Shown here in pieces: positions 8,151-18,153 of a stretch of 49,951 nt of DNA. Position numbers and translations under genes: made by a program. The notes beneath the pieces are model-generated. The model saw only the letters and a program-made list of their open reading frames with translations. It had not been told where the DNA came from and did not search any database. Numbering within the stretch: the stretch's first letter is position 1; each line of letters begins with the position of its first letter. This DNA is from Hydromonas sp. GTDB lineage: Bacteria > Pseudomonadota > Gammaproteobacteria > Burkholderiales > Burkholderiaceae. The stretch is from the NCBI GenBank assembly GCA_017986195.1, contig JAGNWC010000001.1, positions 1 through 49,951 of the forward strand. Reading direction: 5' to 3'.

Positions 8151-9212
8151 TTAGAACGTGTAACCAACCTGAGTGGTTTGTCCCGCTTCGCCTGCTTGCT
8201 CTGCCACTTGATCCAACAAGAGCAATAAATGCCCAAATTCACGATAGCGCGCTGCAACTTGACGCGTATATTTGAGCACCAAAGGCAAATCTTTTAGATA
8301 ACCTGATTTACCATCGCGGTGGTACAAGCGCGCGAATATGCCCAAGATTTTCAAATGACGTTGCAAGCCCATGTATTCAAAGTCACGGTAAAACACATCA
8401 AACTGCGCGGGCACAGACAAACCCGCCGCCCGCGCCATTTCCCAATAACGCACCAACCAATCAATCTGCTGCTGCTCATCCCACTCAATATACGCATCGC
8501 GCAACAGCGATACCGCATCATAAGTTATCGGACCATACACCGCGTCTTGAAAATCCAAAATCCCAGGGTTGTGGGCGACGTCATTTTGCACCATTAAATT
8601 GCGGCTGTGAAAATCGCGATGCACCCACACTTGAGCCTGCGCAGTGTTGTTATCCAATAAAATATTAAATACCTTGGTCAGCTCAGCCGTTTGCACATCA
8701 CTCATGCTGTATTGGTGATGCACACCGAGATACCACTGCGGAAACAACATCATTTCATTGAGCAAACGTTCACGGTCATACAGCGGTAAATCATCGGGCG
8801 TGCTGATTTTTTGCAGTTGCACCAATGCAGTAAACGCCTGTCGGTACAGCGCATTCGCTTGCGATAGATCGGCATTTAAAGCCGCCAAATACGTGGTATC
8901 ACCCAAATCGCTAAGCAATAAAAACCCTTGGATTAAATCCTGCGCCAAAATTTTGGGGACATTCACCCCACTTTGAGCAAATAATTGCGCGACGTGAATA
9001 AACGGTTTGCAGTTTTCGTGCGCAGGTGGCGCGTCCATGACAATCATGCTCAGATGTTGTGGATGTGTTGATTCAACTCTAAAATATCGGCGAAAACTTG
9101 CGTCGGCTGAGGCGACTGATAAAGTTTCGGGTTGAATCGCCCAGTCATTGGGCAAGGATTTTAACCACGTGGTGAGTAAAGTGACGCGCTCATCAAAGGA
9201 CAGAGAAGGCAT
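8151..9212 (-). CDS. amgK: Anomeric MurNAc/GlcNAc kinase (aminoglycoside phosphotransferase family)
   Basis: APH-fold motifs (ASFRRYFRV, HRDFHSRNLM, ILDFQDA). Conserved pairing with murU next to lptD. Confidence 0.7.
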   Translation of the reverse strand: MPSLSFDERVTLLTTWLKSLPNDWAIQPETLSVASADASFRRYFRVESTHPQHLSMIVMDAPPAHENCKPFIHVAQLFAQSGVNVPKILAQDLIQGFLLLSDLGDTTYLAALNADLSQANALYRQAFTALVQLQKISTPDDLPLYDRERLLNEMMLFPQWYLGVHHQYSMSDVQTAELTKVFNILLDNNTAQAQVWVHRDFHSRNLMVQNDVAHNPGILDFQDAVYGPITYDAVSLLRDAYIEWDEQQQIDWLVRYWEMARAAGLSVPAQFDVFYRDFEYMGLQRHLKILGIFARLYHRDGKSGYLKDLPLVLKYTRQVAARYREFGHLLLLLDQVAEQAGEAGQTTQVGYTF

Positions 9213-9383
9213 TGAGATTGGTCCAAAATATGAAAAGAAATTGAATTATCAGGTACAATTTCCGAGTTGAGTAAAATTCGTTTAGAATCCACGCATTTTA
9301 CAAGATAATTACAAAAACTCAAAAGAAGCCTTCCATAAATCAACACAGTGTTACAACAAACCTGTCAACCGACTCGATATTCG

Positions 9384-11744
9384 ATGAATTTTGCCGTTTC
9401 AAAACCTTCTTTTAGTCTCAAACCGATGACGGCACATGTGCTCAGCACGCTGGTTTTTTTAATGGCAGGCAGTAGTGCATTTGGTATTGCGTCTGCGCAA
9501 ACCACCTCAGAAGATTTATGGGTGGTGCCCCCAGTCAGCACTCAAGGCAGTAAACCACAGCCTGACACACTGCCCTACTGCGAAGATTTGCAACAACCTG
9601 CGACCATCCCCAATGGCAGCACCGTCGGCGTTGGCAATACACTCACAGCGATTGCCAACCAAGATTTGATTTTAAAAGGTCGCGCCTGCATTGCTCGGGA
9701 TGCCACACAACTACAAGGCGACAGCATCCAATACGACTATGCCAGTGAGCAGGTCACCGTCAAAGGCAACGCGCGAGTCAATAATCCCGATGGAGACACG
9801 CTATCAGGCGAGCGCATTCAGTACAACTTAGCCAGTCAGACTGGGCGTGTGACGCCCGCCAACTTCACTGTCAAAGCCTCCGACGGACATGGAAAAGCGG
9901 AATCACTAACGATTTTATCTGGGCGACGCGCCCTGCTCTCGCAAGCGCGTTATACCACATGCCAAGCCGATGACCCTGATTGGTATATCAAAACCGATAG
10001 CCTCATACTCGATCAAGACAGTGATTCTGCCACAGGGCGAAACGGCGTACTGGTATTTAAAAACATCCCCGTGCTCGCGACCCCCTATTTCAAAGCTCCC
10101 TTAGGAAACCGTCGTCAATCAGGGTTTTTAACGCCAACTTACGGCTATTCAACACTCAATGGCGCGTCCATCAGCGCGCCCTATTACTTCAACATTGCGC
10201 CGAACTATGATTTCACCGTGAACCCTCAGTGGCTCACTGAACGCGGTGCACGATTTGGCGGCGAGTACCGTTACCTTACGCGCTGGGGGCAAGGTAGCCT
10301 ATATGGTGATTACCTACCCCATGACAAAAAAACCAAAACCAAACGCTATTATTGGCACGGCCAACATTTATCACAAGGTACCTTGGGTGAAGGGGTTTGG
10401 CAAGCCAACATCAATGCGCGCAGAATGTCTGACAATGGTTTCATTGATGATTTTAGTGTCCAAGACTGGGATGGTGGTGCTCGAACCATGCCTTCTGAAT
10501 ACAGCCTGCGCTACAAACAGGATGGTTTGAGCCTGCGTTTGCGCCAAAAATCCTATCAAACCTTACAAACCAAAAACAACCAAGTGGATGCGCCCTATGA
10601 TTTCAAACCCCAGTTTGAAATGCGCTACCACAAACGTTGGGGTAATTGGCTGTTAAACACCCAGTTAGAATCAACCCGTTTTGCGCACGATGACATACAG
10701 AACAAGGCGCAAGGTTGGCGGCATCTGATGTACCCAAGCATTGCCTATGAGTGGCGCACGCCAGGGGCATTCATCGTGCCTAAATTGGGTTTGCACATCA
10801 CCCAATACGCTTTGAGCCGCGTACCTCTACCAGCCAATGCAAATGGCATTACCTACGACAAATCCGCTTCACGCACCCTACCAATTTTTAGTCTTGATAG
10901 TGGTGTGATTTTAGAACGTCAAGGCAAATGGCTCAAACAAAACATCACTCAAACTTTAGAGCCGCGTATTTACTACGCTCATATTCCGTATAAAAATCAA
11001 GCCAATATTTGGAACTTTGACAGTGCCTTGGCAGATTTGGATTTCTCACGTATTTATTCTGAAAACCTATTCACAGGTAATGACCGCGTCGCCCAAGCCA
11101 ACCAAGTCACTGCGGGCGTAACCTCGCGTATTTTAGAGCGAGATACGGGAGAGGAGTTGTTTCAGGCATCGTTGGCACAGCGTCATTATTTTTCCAAACA
11201 AACAGTCAATCTGTCTGGCGCATTAGAAAACAGCAATGCCTATCGAAAATCAGATGTATTGGCAGCGATGTCAGGAAAAGTATTCAATCAACTATGGACA
11301 CAAGGGTTTGCTCAATACAACTCAGATTCTGGTAAATTATTGCGCACAGACGCAGCAATTCGTTGGCAGCCTGCCTATCGAAAAGTCATCAACCTCGGTT
11401 ATCACAAAAACAAAATCCTCACTGAACCTTCGAAAACCGCCTATGTTTCCGCGCAATGGCCTGTGTCACTGGTGTCAAACAACCTATATGCGGTTTCAAG
11501 GTTAAACTATGATTTAAACAACAAACGCCTCACAGATGCTTGGATGGGGGTTGAATACGTCAAAGATTGTTGGATATTCCGTTTTGTGGGACAACGCACG
11601 GTGAACAGCAACAACCGAGTGGACAACACCTTTTACATACAGTTGGAGTTAAAAGGCTTAGGCAATGTGGGCAATCGCGCCAATCGAGAATTAAATGCCC
11701 AAGTGGATGGCTACCATTCTATCGGTTTTGGTGATCAAAATTAA
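9384..11744 (+). CDS. lptD: LPS-assembly outer-membrane protein LptD
   Basis: ~790 aa with a signal peptide (..LMAGSSAFGIASA), an N-terminal OstA-like region (L.GDSIQYD......V.GNARV) and a large beta-barrel with aromatic-rich strands. The start is ambiguous (GTG 9348, ATG 9384 or ATG 9426). The stop codon lies inside the left repeat of the element at 11741. Confidence 0.85.
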   Translation: MNFAVSKPSFSLKPMTAHVLSTLVFLMAGSSAFGIASAQTTSEDLWVVPPVSTQGSKPQPDTLPYCEDLQQPATIPNGSTVGVGNTLTAIANQDLILKGRACIARDATQLQGDSIQYDYASEQVTVKGNARVNNPDGDTLSGERIQYNLASQTGRVTPANFTVKASDGHGKAESLTILSGRRALLSQARYTTCQADDPDWYIKTDSLILDQDSDSATGRNGVLVFKNIPVLATPYFKAPLGNRRQSGFLTPTYGYSTLNGASISAPYYFNIAPNYDFTVNPQWLTERGARFGGEYRYLTRWGQGSLYGDYLPHDKKTKTKRYYWHGQHLSQGTLGEGVWQANINARRMSDNGFIDDFSVQDWDGGARTMPSEYSLRYKQDGLSLRLRQKSYQTLQTKNNQVDAPYDFKPQFEMRYHKRWGNWLLNTQLESTRFAHDDIQNKAQGWRHLMYPSIAYEWRTPGAFIVPKLGLHITQYALSRVPLPANANGITYDKSASRTLPIFSLDSGVILERQGKWLKQNITQTLEPRIYYAHIPYKNQANIWNFDSALADLDFSRIYSENLFTGNDRVAQANQVTAGVTSRILERDTGEELFQASLAQRHYFSKQTVNLSGALENSNAYRKSDVLAAMSGKVFNQLWTQGFAQYNSDSGKLLRTDAAIRWQPAYRKVINLGYHKNKILTEPSKTAYVSAQWPVSLVSNNLYAVSRLNYDLNNKRLTDAWMGVEYVKDCWIFRFVGQRTVNSNNRVDNTFYIQLELKGLGNVGNRANRELNAQVDGYHSIGFGDQN

Positions 11745-12018
11745 GGGAACACGGAACAACCCATGCCAATTGCGCTGGGTGCTTGTGGCATGAGACGCGA
11801 GGCGCAAGGTTTGTGAATGGTTATTCCCTTCGCAAACCTTGTAACGAAACGCATCGTGTCGCAAATGCCCAGCCCATAGGGTTCGGATAAAAACAGCCCT
11901 GCACTTTGTCGAAATAAGTGGGCTGTCGTAGAATGGCGATGACCCACTCATTTCTCCGCGTTCAAAACTGTTTTTATCTCGAACGCAGATTGGATTGGGT
12001 TGCTCCGTGTTTCCTTAA
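11741..12018. mobile_element. 278-bp non-coding element bounded by 23-bp imperfect terminal inverted repeats (MITE-like or structured RNA)
   Basis: Left end TTAAGGGAACACGGAACAACCCA (11741..11763) versus the reverse complement of 11996..12018, TTAAGGAAACACGGAGCAACCCA: 21/23 identical. Nested internal inverted repeats at 11882..11896/11968..11983 and 11911..11922/11943..11954, plus a 9-bp stem 11805..11813/11833..11841. No credible ORF. A related 65-bp element sits at 18035..18099. Confidence 0.45.
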
Positions 12019-12106
12019 TGCGAATGCTTACACTCAGCCCAGTGATACACGCTCTCTAAATCTACAGCGTGTTGATTCGATGAACAATTAAAAAGATTAT
12101 AAATGG

Positions 12107-12143
12107 CAAAAAAGCGGCGAACCCAATGGATTCGTCGCTTTTT
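12107..12143. terminator. Bidirectional rho-independent terminator downstream of acnB
   Basis: 8-bp stem gcggcgaa/ttcgtcgc (one G-U pair) with a 9-nt loop, an A7 run upstream and a T5 run downstream. Confidence 0.7.
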
Positions 12144-12165
12144 GCACATCAGTACAAGGGCTAAA

Positions 12166-14766
12166 TTACGCCTTCACTTCATCGGCAATCTTGGTGTAAT
12201 CGGAGATTTGATCAAAGTTGAGGTATTTGTAAATCGACGCGCTGGCAGGAGCCAGTACCCCCGTCTCAGCCATATACTCTTCTTTGGTCGGGATTTTACC
12301 GAGTTTGGCACAGACCGCCGCCAACTCTGCTGAACCCAAATACACAAAGGTATTTTTACCCAAACGGTTCGGGAAGTTACGGGTTGAAGTCGACATTACA
12401 GTTGCACCCTCGCGCACTTGCGCTTGGTTACCCATGCACAGTGAACAACCCGGCATTTCCATACGCGCGCCCGCTGAACCAAGTACGCCGTAGTGACCTT
12501 CTTCGTTCAATTGTTTCGCATCCATTTTGGTCGGCGGTGCCATCCACAATTTCACAGGAATGTCACGGTTGCCTTCCAAAATTTTTGACGCTGCGCGGAA
12601 ATGTCCGATATTGGTCATGCAAGAACCGACAAACACTTCATCGATTTTCGCGCCAGCCACATCGGCCAAGGTTTTCACATCATCAGGATCGTTCGGGCAA
12701 GCCACAATCGGCTCGTGAATGTCTGCCAAATCGATTTCAATCACTGCCGCGTATTCTGCATCTGGGTCCGCTTTGAGCAATTCTGGTTTAGCCAACCAAT
12801 CTTCCATTGCCTTGATGCGACGTGCCAAAGTACGTGCGTCTTGATAACCTTCAGCAATCATCCATTTCATCATGGTGATGTTTGAAGTCATGTATTCGAT
12901 AATTGGTTCTTTGTCCAAATGCACTGAGCAAGCCGCTGCAGAGCGTTCTGCTGCCGAGTCAGACAATTCAAACGCTTGTTCGACTTTCAAGTTTGGCAAA
13001 CCTTCGATTTCGAGGATGCGGCCTGAGAAAATATTTTTCTTGCCTTGTTTTTCAACCGTCAACAAACCTGCTTTAATCGCGTACAGCGGAATTGCGTTGA
13101 CCAAATCACGCAAGGTCACACCAGGATTCATTTTTTCGCCTTTAAAACGCACGAGTACAGACTCAGGCATATCGAGTGGCATCACGCCCGTTGCCGCCGC
13201 AAAGGCCACCAAGCCTGAACCCGCTGGGAACGAAATACCAATTGGGAAACGGGTGTGCGAGTCACCGCCCGTACCGACCGTATCAGGCAACAACAAACGG
13301 TTCAACCATGAGTGAATCACGCCATCGCCTGGGCGCAAAGCCACGCCGCCACGGGTGCTGATGAAGTCTGGCAGTTCGTGATGCATTTTGACATCCACTG
13401 GTTTTGGATAGGCTGCGGTGTGACAGAATGATTGCATCACCATATCGGCTGAAAAGCCCAAGCACGCCAAATCTTTCAATTCATCACGGGTCATTGGACC
13501 TGTGGTGTCTTGTGAGCCCACAGTGGTCATTTTCGGCTCACAGTAGGTACCTGGGCGAATGCCTTGCTGTTGTCCATTCACTTCTGGCAAACCACACGCA
13601 CGACCGACCATTTTTTGTGCCAATGAGAAACCTTTACCATTGTCGGCAGGATTGGTTGGCAAACGGAATAAAGTCGATACGGGCAAGCCCAATGCTTCAC
13701 GCGCTTTCGCCGTCAAACCACGACCGATAATCAATGGAATACGACCACCTGCACGAACCTCATCGAACAACACGTCTGATTTCACTTTAAACTCAGCGAT
13801 CACTTCACCATTTTTGAGGGCTTTGCCTTCGTATGGACGCAATTCAACCACATCGCCCATATTCATTTTTGACACATCCAATTCAATCGGCAACGCGCCT
13901 GCGTCTTCCATGGTGTTGTAAAAAATTGGCGCAATTTTTGAGCCCAAACACACACCACCGAAACGTTTGTTGGGCACGAATGGCACGTCTTCGCCTGTGA
14001 ACCACAACACCGAATTGGTTGCAGACTTACGTGAAGAACCTGTACCGACCACGTCGCCCACATACGCTACCAAGTTACCTTTAGCGCGTAAGTCCTCAAG
14101 GAATTTCACTGGGCCACGTTTGCCGTCTTCTTCAGGTTCGATGCCATCGCGCTTATTTTTTAACATCGCCAATGCGTGCAAAGGAATATCAGGACGACTC
14201 CAAGCGTCTGGCGCAGGTGACAAATCATCGGTATTGGTCTCGCCCGTGACTTTGAAAATACTCACAGTAATCGATTCGGGGACTTCAGGACGTGACGTGA
14301 ACCACTCAGCATCCGCCCAACTTTGCAACACGGCTTTTGCGTTGGCATTACCTTTATCGGCTTTCTCTTTGACATCGTGGAATTGATCAAACACCAACAA
14401 AGTTTTTTTCAAACCTTCAGCCGCAATCGCACCGACAGAGGCGTTGTCTAACAAATCAACCAATGGGGCAACGTTATAACCACCGAGCATCGTGCCGAGC
14501 AATTCAGTTGCACGTTCAACAGTAATCAAAGCGCATTTTTCATCACCATGCGCCACAGCCGATAAATAACTCGCTTTCACACGAGCTGCATCATCGACAC
14601 CCGCAGGAACGCGGTGGGTCAACAAGTCCACCAAAAAGGCTTCTTCACCCGCTGGTGGGTTTTTGAGTAATTCAATTAAGTCAGCGGTTTGCTGTGCTGA
14701 CAATGGCAAGGGAGGAATACCCAACGCGGCGCGTTCGGCTACGTGTTCACGATATGCTTGTAACAT
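12166..14766 (-). CDS. acnB: Aconitate hydratase B (bifunctional aconitase 2 / 2-methylisocitrate dehydratase)
   Basis: 866 aa with the characteristic AcnB N-terminus ([22 protein letters not shown]...LLKNPP) and Fe-S ligand regions ([17 protein letters not shown]). Confidence 0.95.
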   Translation of the reverse strand: MLQAYREHVAERAALGIPPLPLSAQQTADLIELLKNPPAGEEAFLVDLLTHRVPAGVDDAARVKASYLSAVAHGDEKCALITVERATELLGTMLGGYNVAPLVDLLDNASVGAIAAEGLKKTLLVFDQFHDVKEKADKGNANAKAVLQSWADAEWFTSRPEVPESITVSIFKVTGETNTDDLSPAPDAWSRPDIPLHALAMLKNKRDGIEPEEDGKRGPVKFLEDLRAKGNLVAYVGDVVGTGSSRKSATNSVLWFTGEDVPFVPNKRFGGVCLGSKIAPIFYNTMEDAGALPIELDVSKMNMGDVVELRPYEGKALKNGEVIAEFKVKSDVLFDEVRAGGRIPLIIGRGLTAKAREALGLPVSTLFRLPTNPADNGKGFSLAQKMVGRACGLPEVNGQQQGIRPGTYCEPKMTTVGSQDTTGPMTRDELKDLACLGFSADMVMQSFCHTAAYPKPVDVKMHHELPDFISTRGGVALRPGDGVIHSWLNRLLLPDTVGTGGDSHTRFPIGISFPAGSGLVAFAAATGVMPLDMPESVLVRFKGEKMNPGVTLRDLVNAIPLYAIKAGLLTVEKQGKKNIFSGRILEIEGLPNLKVEQAFELSDSAAERSAAACSVHLDKEPIIEYMTSNITMMKWMIAEGYQDARTLARRIKAMEDWLAKPELLKADPDAEYAAVIEIDLADIHEPIVACPNDPDDVKTLADVAGAKIDEVFVGSCMTNIGHFRAASKILEGNRDIPVKLWMAPPTKMDAKQLNEEGHYGVLGSAGARMEMPGCSLCMGNQAQVREGATVMSTSTRNFPNRLGKNTFVYLGSAELAAVCAKLGKIPTKEEYMAETGVLAPASASIYKYLNFDQISDYTKIADEVKA

Positions 14767-14990
14767 GGTGGTGTCCTTTTAAAAAGGGTTAATATCAAAA
14801 AGAAACATTCAAAACGGATGGTGTCCGATAGTTTATCTGAATTTTGAATTCTTGTGTCTTATATATGACATGAGAGTAAATATATTTTATTTCAGTACAA
14901 AGTAGAACATTGTCGTCCAAGGAGCAAATGCGGTAAACTACCACTTGTTTCGCTTGATTGATCCATTTTTGCAACTTAACTGAGTTTATT

Positions 14991-15917
14991 ATGAACCACA
15001 AAAACAAAAACCTCTTGTCTGACATTCCAAAAGCCGCCCAAGTCGTTGGTGCAGGCGTGACCGCGTTTTTGGTGTACTTATTGTTGCAAGGTGGTGCAAC
15101 CTTCAACCACACCATTCCCGTACCCAAACCTGTGGTTAAAGTGCAAACCAACACCAAAATGACCTTATCGCCCTTAACACTGACTGCGGTCAATACGCAA
15201 AACCATTTCACTTTGAATGGCAACGTGCCCTCTGAGGCGGTTAAACTGTCGATTGACAATGAACTGCGCGCCTCATTTGGTGAGAGCCATTTCACCAATA
15301 ATTTAACAGTCAGCGACCAAGTCAAACCCGCCAAGTGGCTGGATCACCTCAAAGGATTTTTTGATTTCTTTAAGATCCCGGGTGCAGAGTTGACTGCCCA
15401 TGGTGATGTTTTGACTTTGTCGGGCACAGCCATTTCGCTCAAAGAGCCATTGACGGCGTTTGTTGGCGAGGGCACGACCGTCAAAGCATTGGACATTGCC
15501 AGCAATGTCAACACCGCCAATACCAATGCCCTGTCGGCATTGGACGGTCTGTCTGTTAATTCAGACACACAATCAATATTGGATGCGATGAATATGCAAA
15601 TCATCAATTTTGCCAGTGGCTCAGCGCAAATTCCCGCCATCAACCAAACGGTTTTGAAAAAAGCGGCTATTTTGCTGCAAGGCAAAACCAATGGATTTGA
15701 AATTGCAGGGCATGCAGACAATATTGGTAACGAAGCAAACAACATCAAACTGTCCGAAGCACGCGCCAAAGCCGTACGTGATTTTTTAATCAAGCAACAA
15801 GTACCTGCAAGCAATATGACCGCCAAAGGCTATGGATCGTCTGTACCTGTTGCCAGCAATGACACCGAAACAGGTCGATTGAAAAACCGCCGCATCGAAT
15901 ACAAATTAAATCAATAA
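14991..15917 (+). CDS. Membrane-anchored OmpA-like (peptidoglycan-binding) domain protein
   Basis: N-terminal TM helix (VVGAGVTAFLVYLLL) and a C-terminal OmpA domain (INFASGSAQI...IAGHADNIGNEANNIKLSEARAKAVRDFL...NRRIEY). Start placed at ATG 14991. Confidence 0.75.
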   Translation: MNHKNKNLLSDIPKAAQVVGAGVTAFLVYLLLQGGATFNHTIPVPKPVVKVQTNTKMTLSPLTLTAVNTQNHFTLNGNVPSEAVKLSIDNELRASFGESHFTNNLTVSDQVKPAKWLDHLKGFFDFFKIPGAELTAHGDVLTLSGTAISLKEPLTAFVGEGTTVKALDIASNVNTANTNALSALDGLSVNSDTQSILDAMNMQIINFASGSAQIPAINQTVLKKAAILLQGKTNGFEIAGHADNIGNEANNIKLSEARAKAVRDFLIKQQVPASNMTAKGYGSSVPVASNDTETGRLKNRRIEYKLNQ

Positions 15918-16087
15918 GCTTGCACCTCGTTTCGACAACATCTTTAAAAAAGGGTTAGAATAGTCACCTTGGTGTAAGTAAAGTATTTTAAATACTTGAA
16001 ATAAACAATCAATCCCCCATATTCAAATCATCGTTTTAATATTTGTTTAAGATTAAATCATTCAGTTAACTTTTAAAGGATAAACCC

Positions 16088-16411
16088 ATGAGCTCACTCA
16101 AACACGTCACCGACGCTACTTTTGAAGCCGACGTTTTAAACTCTTCTGTACCTGTATTGGTCGATTTTTGGGCGGCATGGTGTGGCCCTTGCAAAATGAT
16201 TGCCCCAATCTTAGACGAATTGTCTGCTGACTACGCGGGTAAAGTCTCGATTGTTAAAGTCAATGTCGATGAGAACCAAGAAGCACCCGCTAAATTTGGC
16301 ATCCGTGGCATCCCTACTTTGCTATTGTTCAAAAATGGCACATTGATGGGCACTAAAGTCGGCGCGGCCAGTAAGTCACAATTGGCAGCCTTCATCGACA
16401 GTCACATTTAA
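16088..16411 (+). CDS. trxA: Thioredoxin 1
   Basis: 107 aa with the WCGPCK active site, near-collinear with E. coli TrxA, and directly upstream of rho. Confidence 0.95.
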   Translation: MSSLKHVTDATFEADVLNSSVPVLVDFWAAWCGPCKMIAPILDELSADYAGKVSIVKVNVDENQEAPAKFGIRGIPTLLLFKNGTLMGTKVGAASKSQLAAFIDSHI

Positions 16412-16430
16412 TTTGTATTCACATGCCGAT

Positions 16431-16459
16431 TTGACAAATACCTGTTAAATCGGCATAAT
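16431..16459 (+). promoter_or_regulatory. Candidate sigma70 promoter for rho (TTGACA-17-CATAAT)
   Basis: TTGACA at 16431..16436, a 17-nt spacer and CATAAT at 16454..16459, about 145 nt upstream of the rho ATG. A long leader is expected for autoregulated rho. The promoter sits inside a 10-bp inverted repeat (atgccgattt/aaatcggcat). Confidence 0.5.
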
Positions 16460-16602
16460 GCGCCAAATTCTACTGACGCATTGATTCCTATCCCCGTCGC
16501 GTTATCTATACAACCCCCACCCAAACTCAAAAAACCCTGATTGATTCCAATCGCTCATTCGTGGCATTTCACCCACGCCCATACTTTATCAATTAAAACA
16601 CC

Positions 16603-17868
16603 ATGCATCTAAACGAACTTAAATCTCTCCCCATCAAAGCCCTTGTAGACAACGCACTCGAAATGGGCATCGAAAATGCCAGCCGTCTGCGTAAACAAGA
16701 GTTGATGTTTGCGATTCTCAAACGCCACGCCAAAGCAGGTGAGTCCGTGTTTGGCGACGGTACACTCGAAGTGCTCCCTGATGGGTTTGGCTTTTTGCGT
16801 TCGCCCGATACCTCTTACCTTGCCAGTACCGATGACATTTACATCTCGCCTGCGCAAATCCGCCGTTTCAATTTACACACGGGCGACACCATTGAGGGCG
16901 AGGTTCGCACTCCGAAAGACAATGAGCGTTATTTCGCCTTGGTTAAAGTTGAAAAAGTCAATGGCTTGCCGCCTGAGCACACCAAGCACCGCATCATGTT
17001 TGAGAATTTGACTGCCATTCATCCAAACACATTATTGCCATTGGAGCGCGACATCCGCGCTGAAGAAAACATCACTGGACGCATCATTGACCTGATTGCA
17101 CCGATTGGTTTGGGTCAACGTGGTTTGATCGTGGCGCAACCCAAATCGGGTAAAACCGTGATGTTGCAAAACATCGCCCATGCGATTTCGGCAAACCGCC
17201 CCGATGTCGAACTATTCGTATTGCTGATTGACGAGCGTCCTGAGGAAGTAACTGAAATGCAACGTTCGGTGCGCGGTGAAGTCATCGCTTCGACCTTTGA
17301 TGAGCCTGCCACGCGCCACGTACAAGCCGCCGAAATGGTGATTGAGAAAGCCAAACGTTTGACCGAAACGGGTAAAGACGTGGTTATTTTGCTCGACTCC
17401 ATCACGCGTCTGGCGCGTGCCTACAACAACGTCATTCCATCGTCAGGCAAAGTTTTAACAGGTGGGGTCGATGCCAATGCCCTACAACGCCCCAAACGCT
17501 TTTTCGGTGCGGCACGCAATATCGAAGAAGGCGGCTCACTGACCATCATCGCCACGGCTTTGATTGATACGGGCTCGCGTATGGACGATGTGATTTTTGA
17601 GGAATTCAAAGGGACGGGCAATATGGAACTCTCGCTCGATCGCAAGATGTCTGAAAAACGCGTTTATCCGAGTATTTCACTGAACAAATCAGGTACGCGT
17701 CGTGAAGAATTGCTCCTCAAGCCCGATGTGCTGCAAAAAATCTGGATTTTGCGCAAATTCCTCTACGATATGGACGACATTGCGGCGATGGAATTTATTT
17801 TGGACAAAATGAAACAAACCAAAAACAACGCAGAATTTTTTGACATGATGTTGCGTGGTGGCAAATAA
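16603..17868 (+). CDS. rho: Transcription termination factor Rho
   Basis: 421 aa. MHLNELK...N-terminal domain, Walker A (PKSGKT), the [13 protein letters not shown] and [13 protein letters not shown] motifs. Confidence 0.97.
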   Translation: MHLNELKSLPIKALVDNALEMGIENASRLRKQELMFAILKRHAKAGESVFGDGTLEVLPDGFGFLRSPDTSYLASTDDIYISPAQIRRFNLHTGDTIEGEVRTPKDNERYFALVKVEKVNGLPPEHTKHRIMFENLTAIHPNTLLPLERDIRAEENITGRIIDLIAPIGLGQRGLIVAQPKSGKTVMLQNIAHAISANRPDVELFVLLIDERPEEVTEMQRSVRGEVIASTFDEPATRHVQAAEMVIEKAKRLTETGKDVVILLDSITRLARAYNNVIPSSGKVLTGGVDANALQRPKRFFGAARNIEEGGSLTIIATALIDTGSRMDDVIFEEFKGTGNMELSLDRKMSEKRVYPSISLNKSGTRREELLLKPDVLQKIWILRKFLYDMDDIAAMEFILDKMKQTKNNAEFFDMMLRGGK

Positions 17869-18034
17869 ACCTCAAAGCGGCATTGAGACTTGTTATGGCA
17901 GCCTACAGATACATTTTTGAATCAACGCAGTGACAGCCGCATCGGGTGCCGAGGTAAAAAAACTACGAAATCAAGTCATTATTGTTTATAATTGACAACC
18001 CAAAGTTTGGTTAAAACAGTTTGACCAAACGACA

Positions 18035-18099
18035 TTAAGGAAACACACGACCATACTGCGTCTATGCTGGTTGGCTTGAATTGCGCCATGTTTCCTTAA
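18035..18099. repeat. 65-bp element with TTAAGGAAACA / TGTTTCCTTAA termini, a short relative of the 11741..12018 element
   Basis: Perfect 11-bp terminal inverted repeats (18035..18045 and 18089..18099). The right end, read as TTAAGGAAACATGGCGC, matches the consensus end of the larger element (TTAAGGAAACACGGAGC) at 15/17 positions. Confidence 0.45.
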
Positions 18100-18102
18100 A
18101 TA

Positions 18103-18138
18103 CAGCAAACCCATTTTTGCGTTTGCTGATATTTTTGT
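18103..18138 (+). terminator. Possible terminator downstream of rho
   Basis: 8-bp stem cagcaaac/gtttgctg with a 10-nt loop, followed by atattttt. The T-run is separated from the stem, so this is a weak call. Confidence 0.35.
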
Positions 18139-18153
18139 GTTAATAGGAAACCT

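Noticed and set aside
11691-11951. 86-aa and 68-aa minus-strand ORFs inside the inverted-repeat element
   Set aside because: They have no RBS and odd composition. They run through stem-forming repeats and overlap the lptD 3' end. They are best explained as chance ORFs in a structured non-coding element.
14795-15334. 179-aa minus-strand ORF overlapping the acnB/OmpA-like intergenic region and the OmpA-like gene
   Set aside because: It is antisense to a gene with clear domain content and crosses an AT-rich promoter region. It has no motifs.
17869-18034. Possible sRNA or long-range pairing in the rho 3' region (CCTC..CGGCA with TGCCGAGG)
   Set aside because: Only short, interrupted complementarity is present. 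I could not support a promoter or terminator pair by eye.
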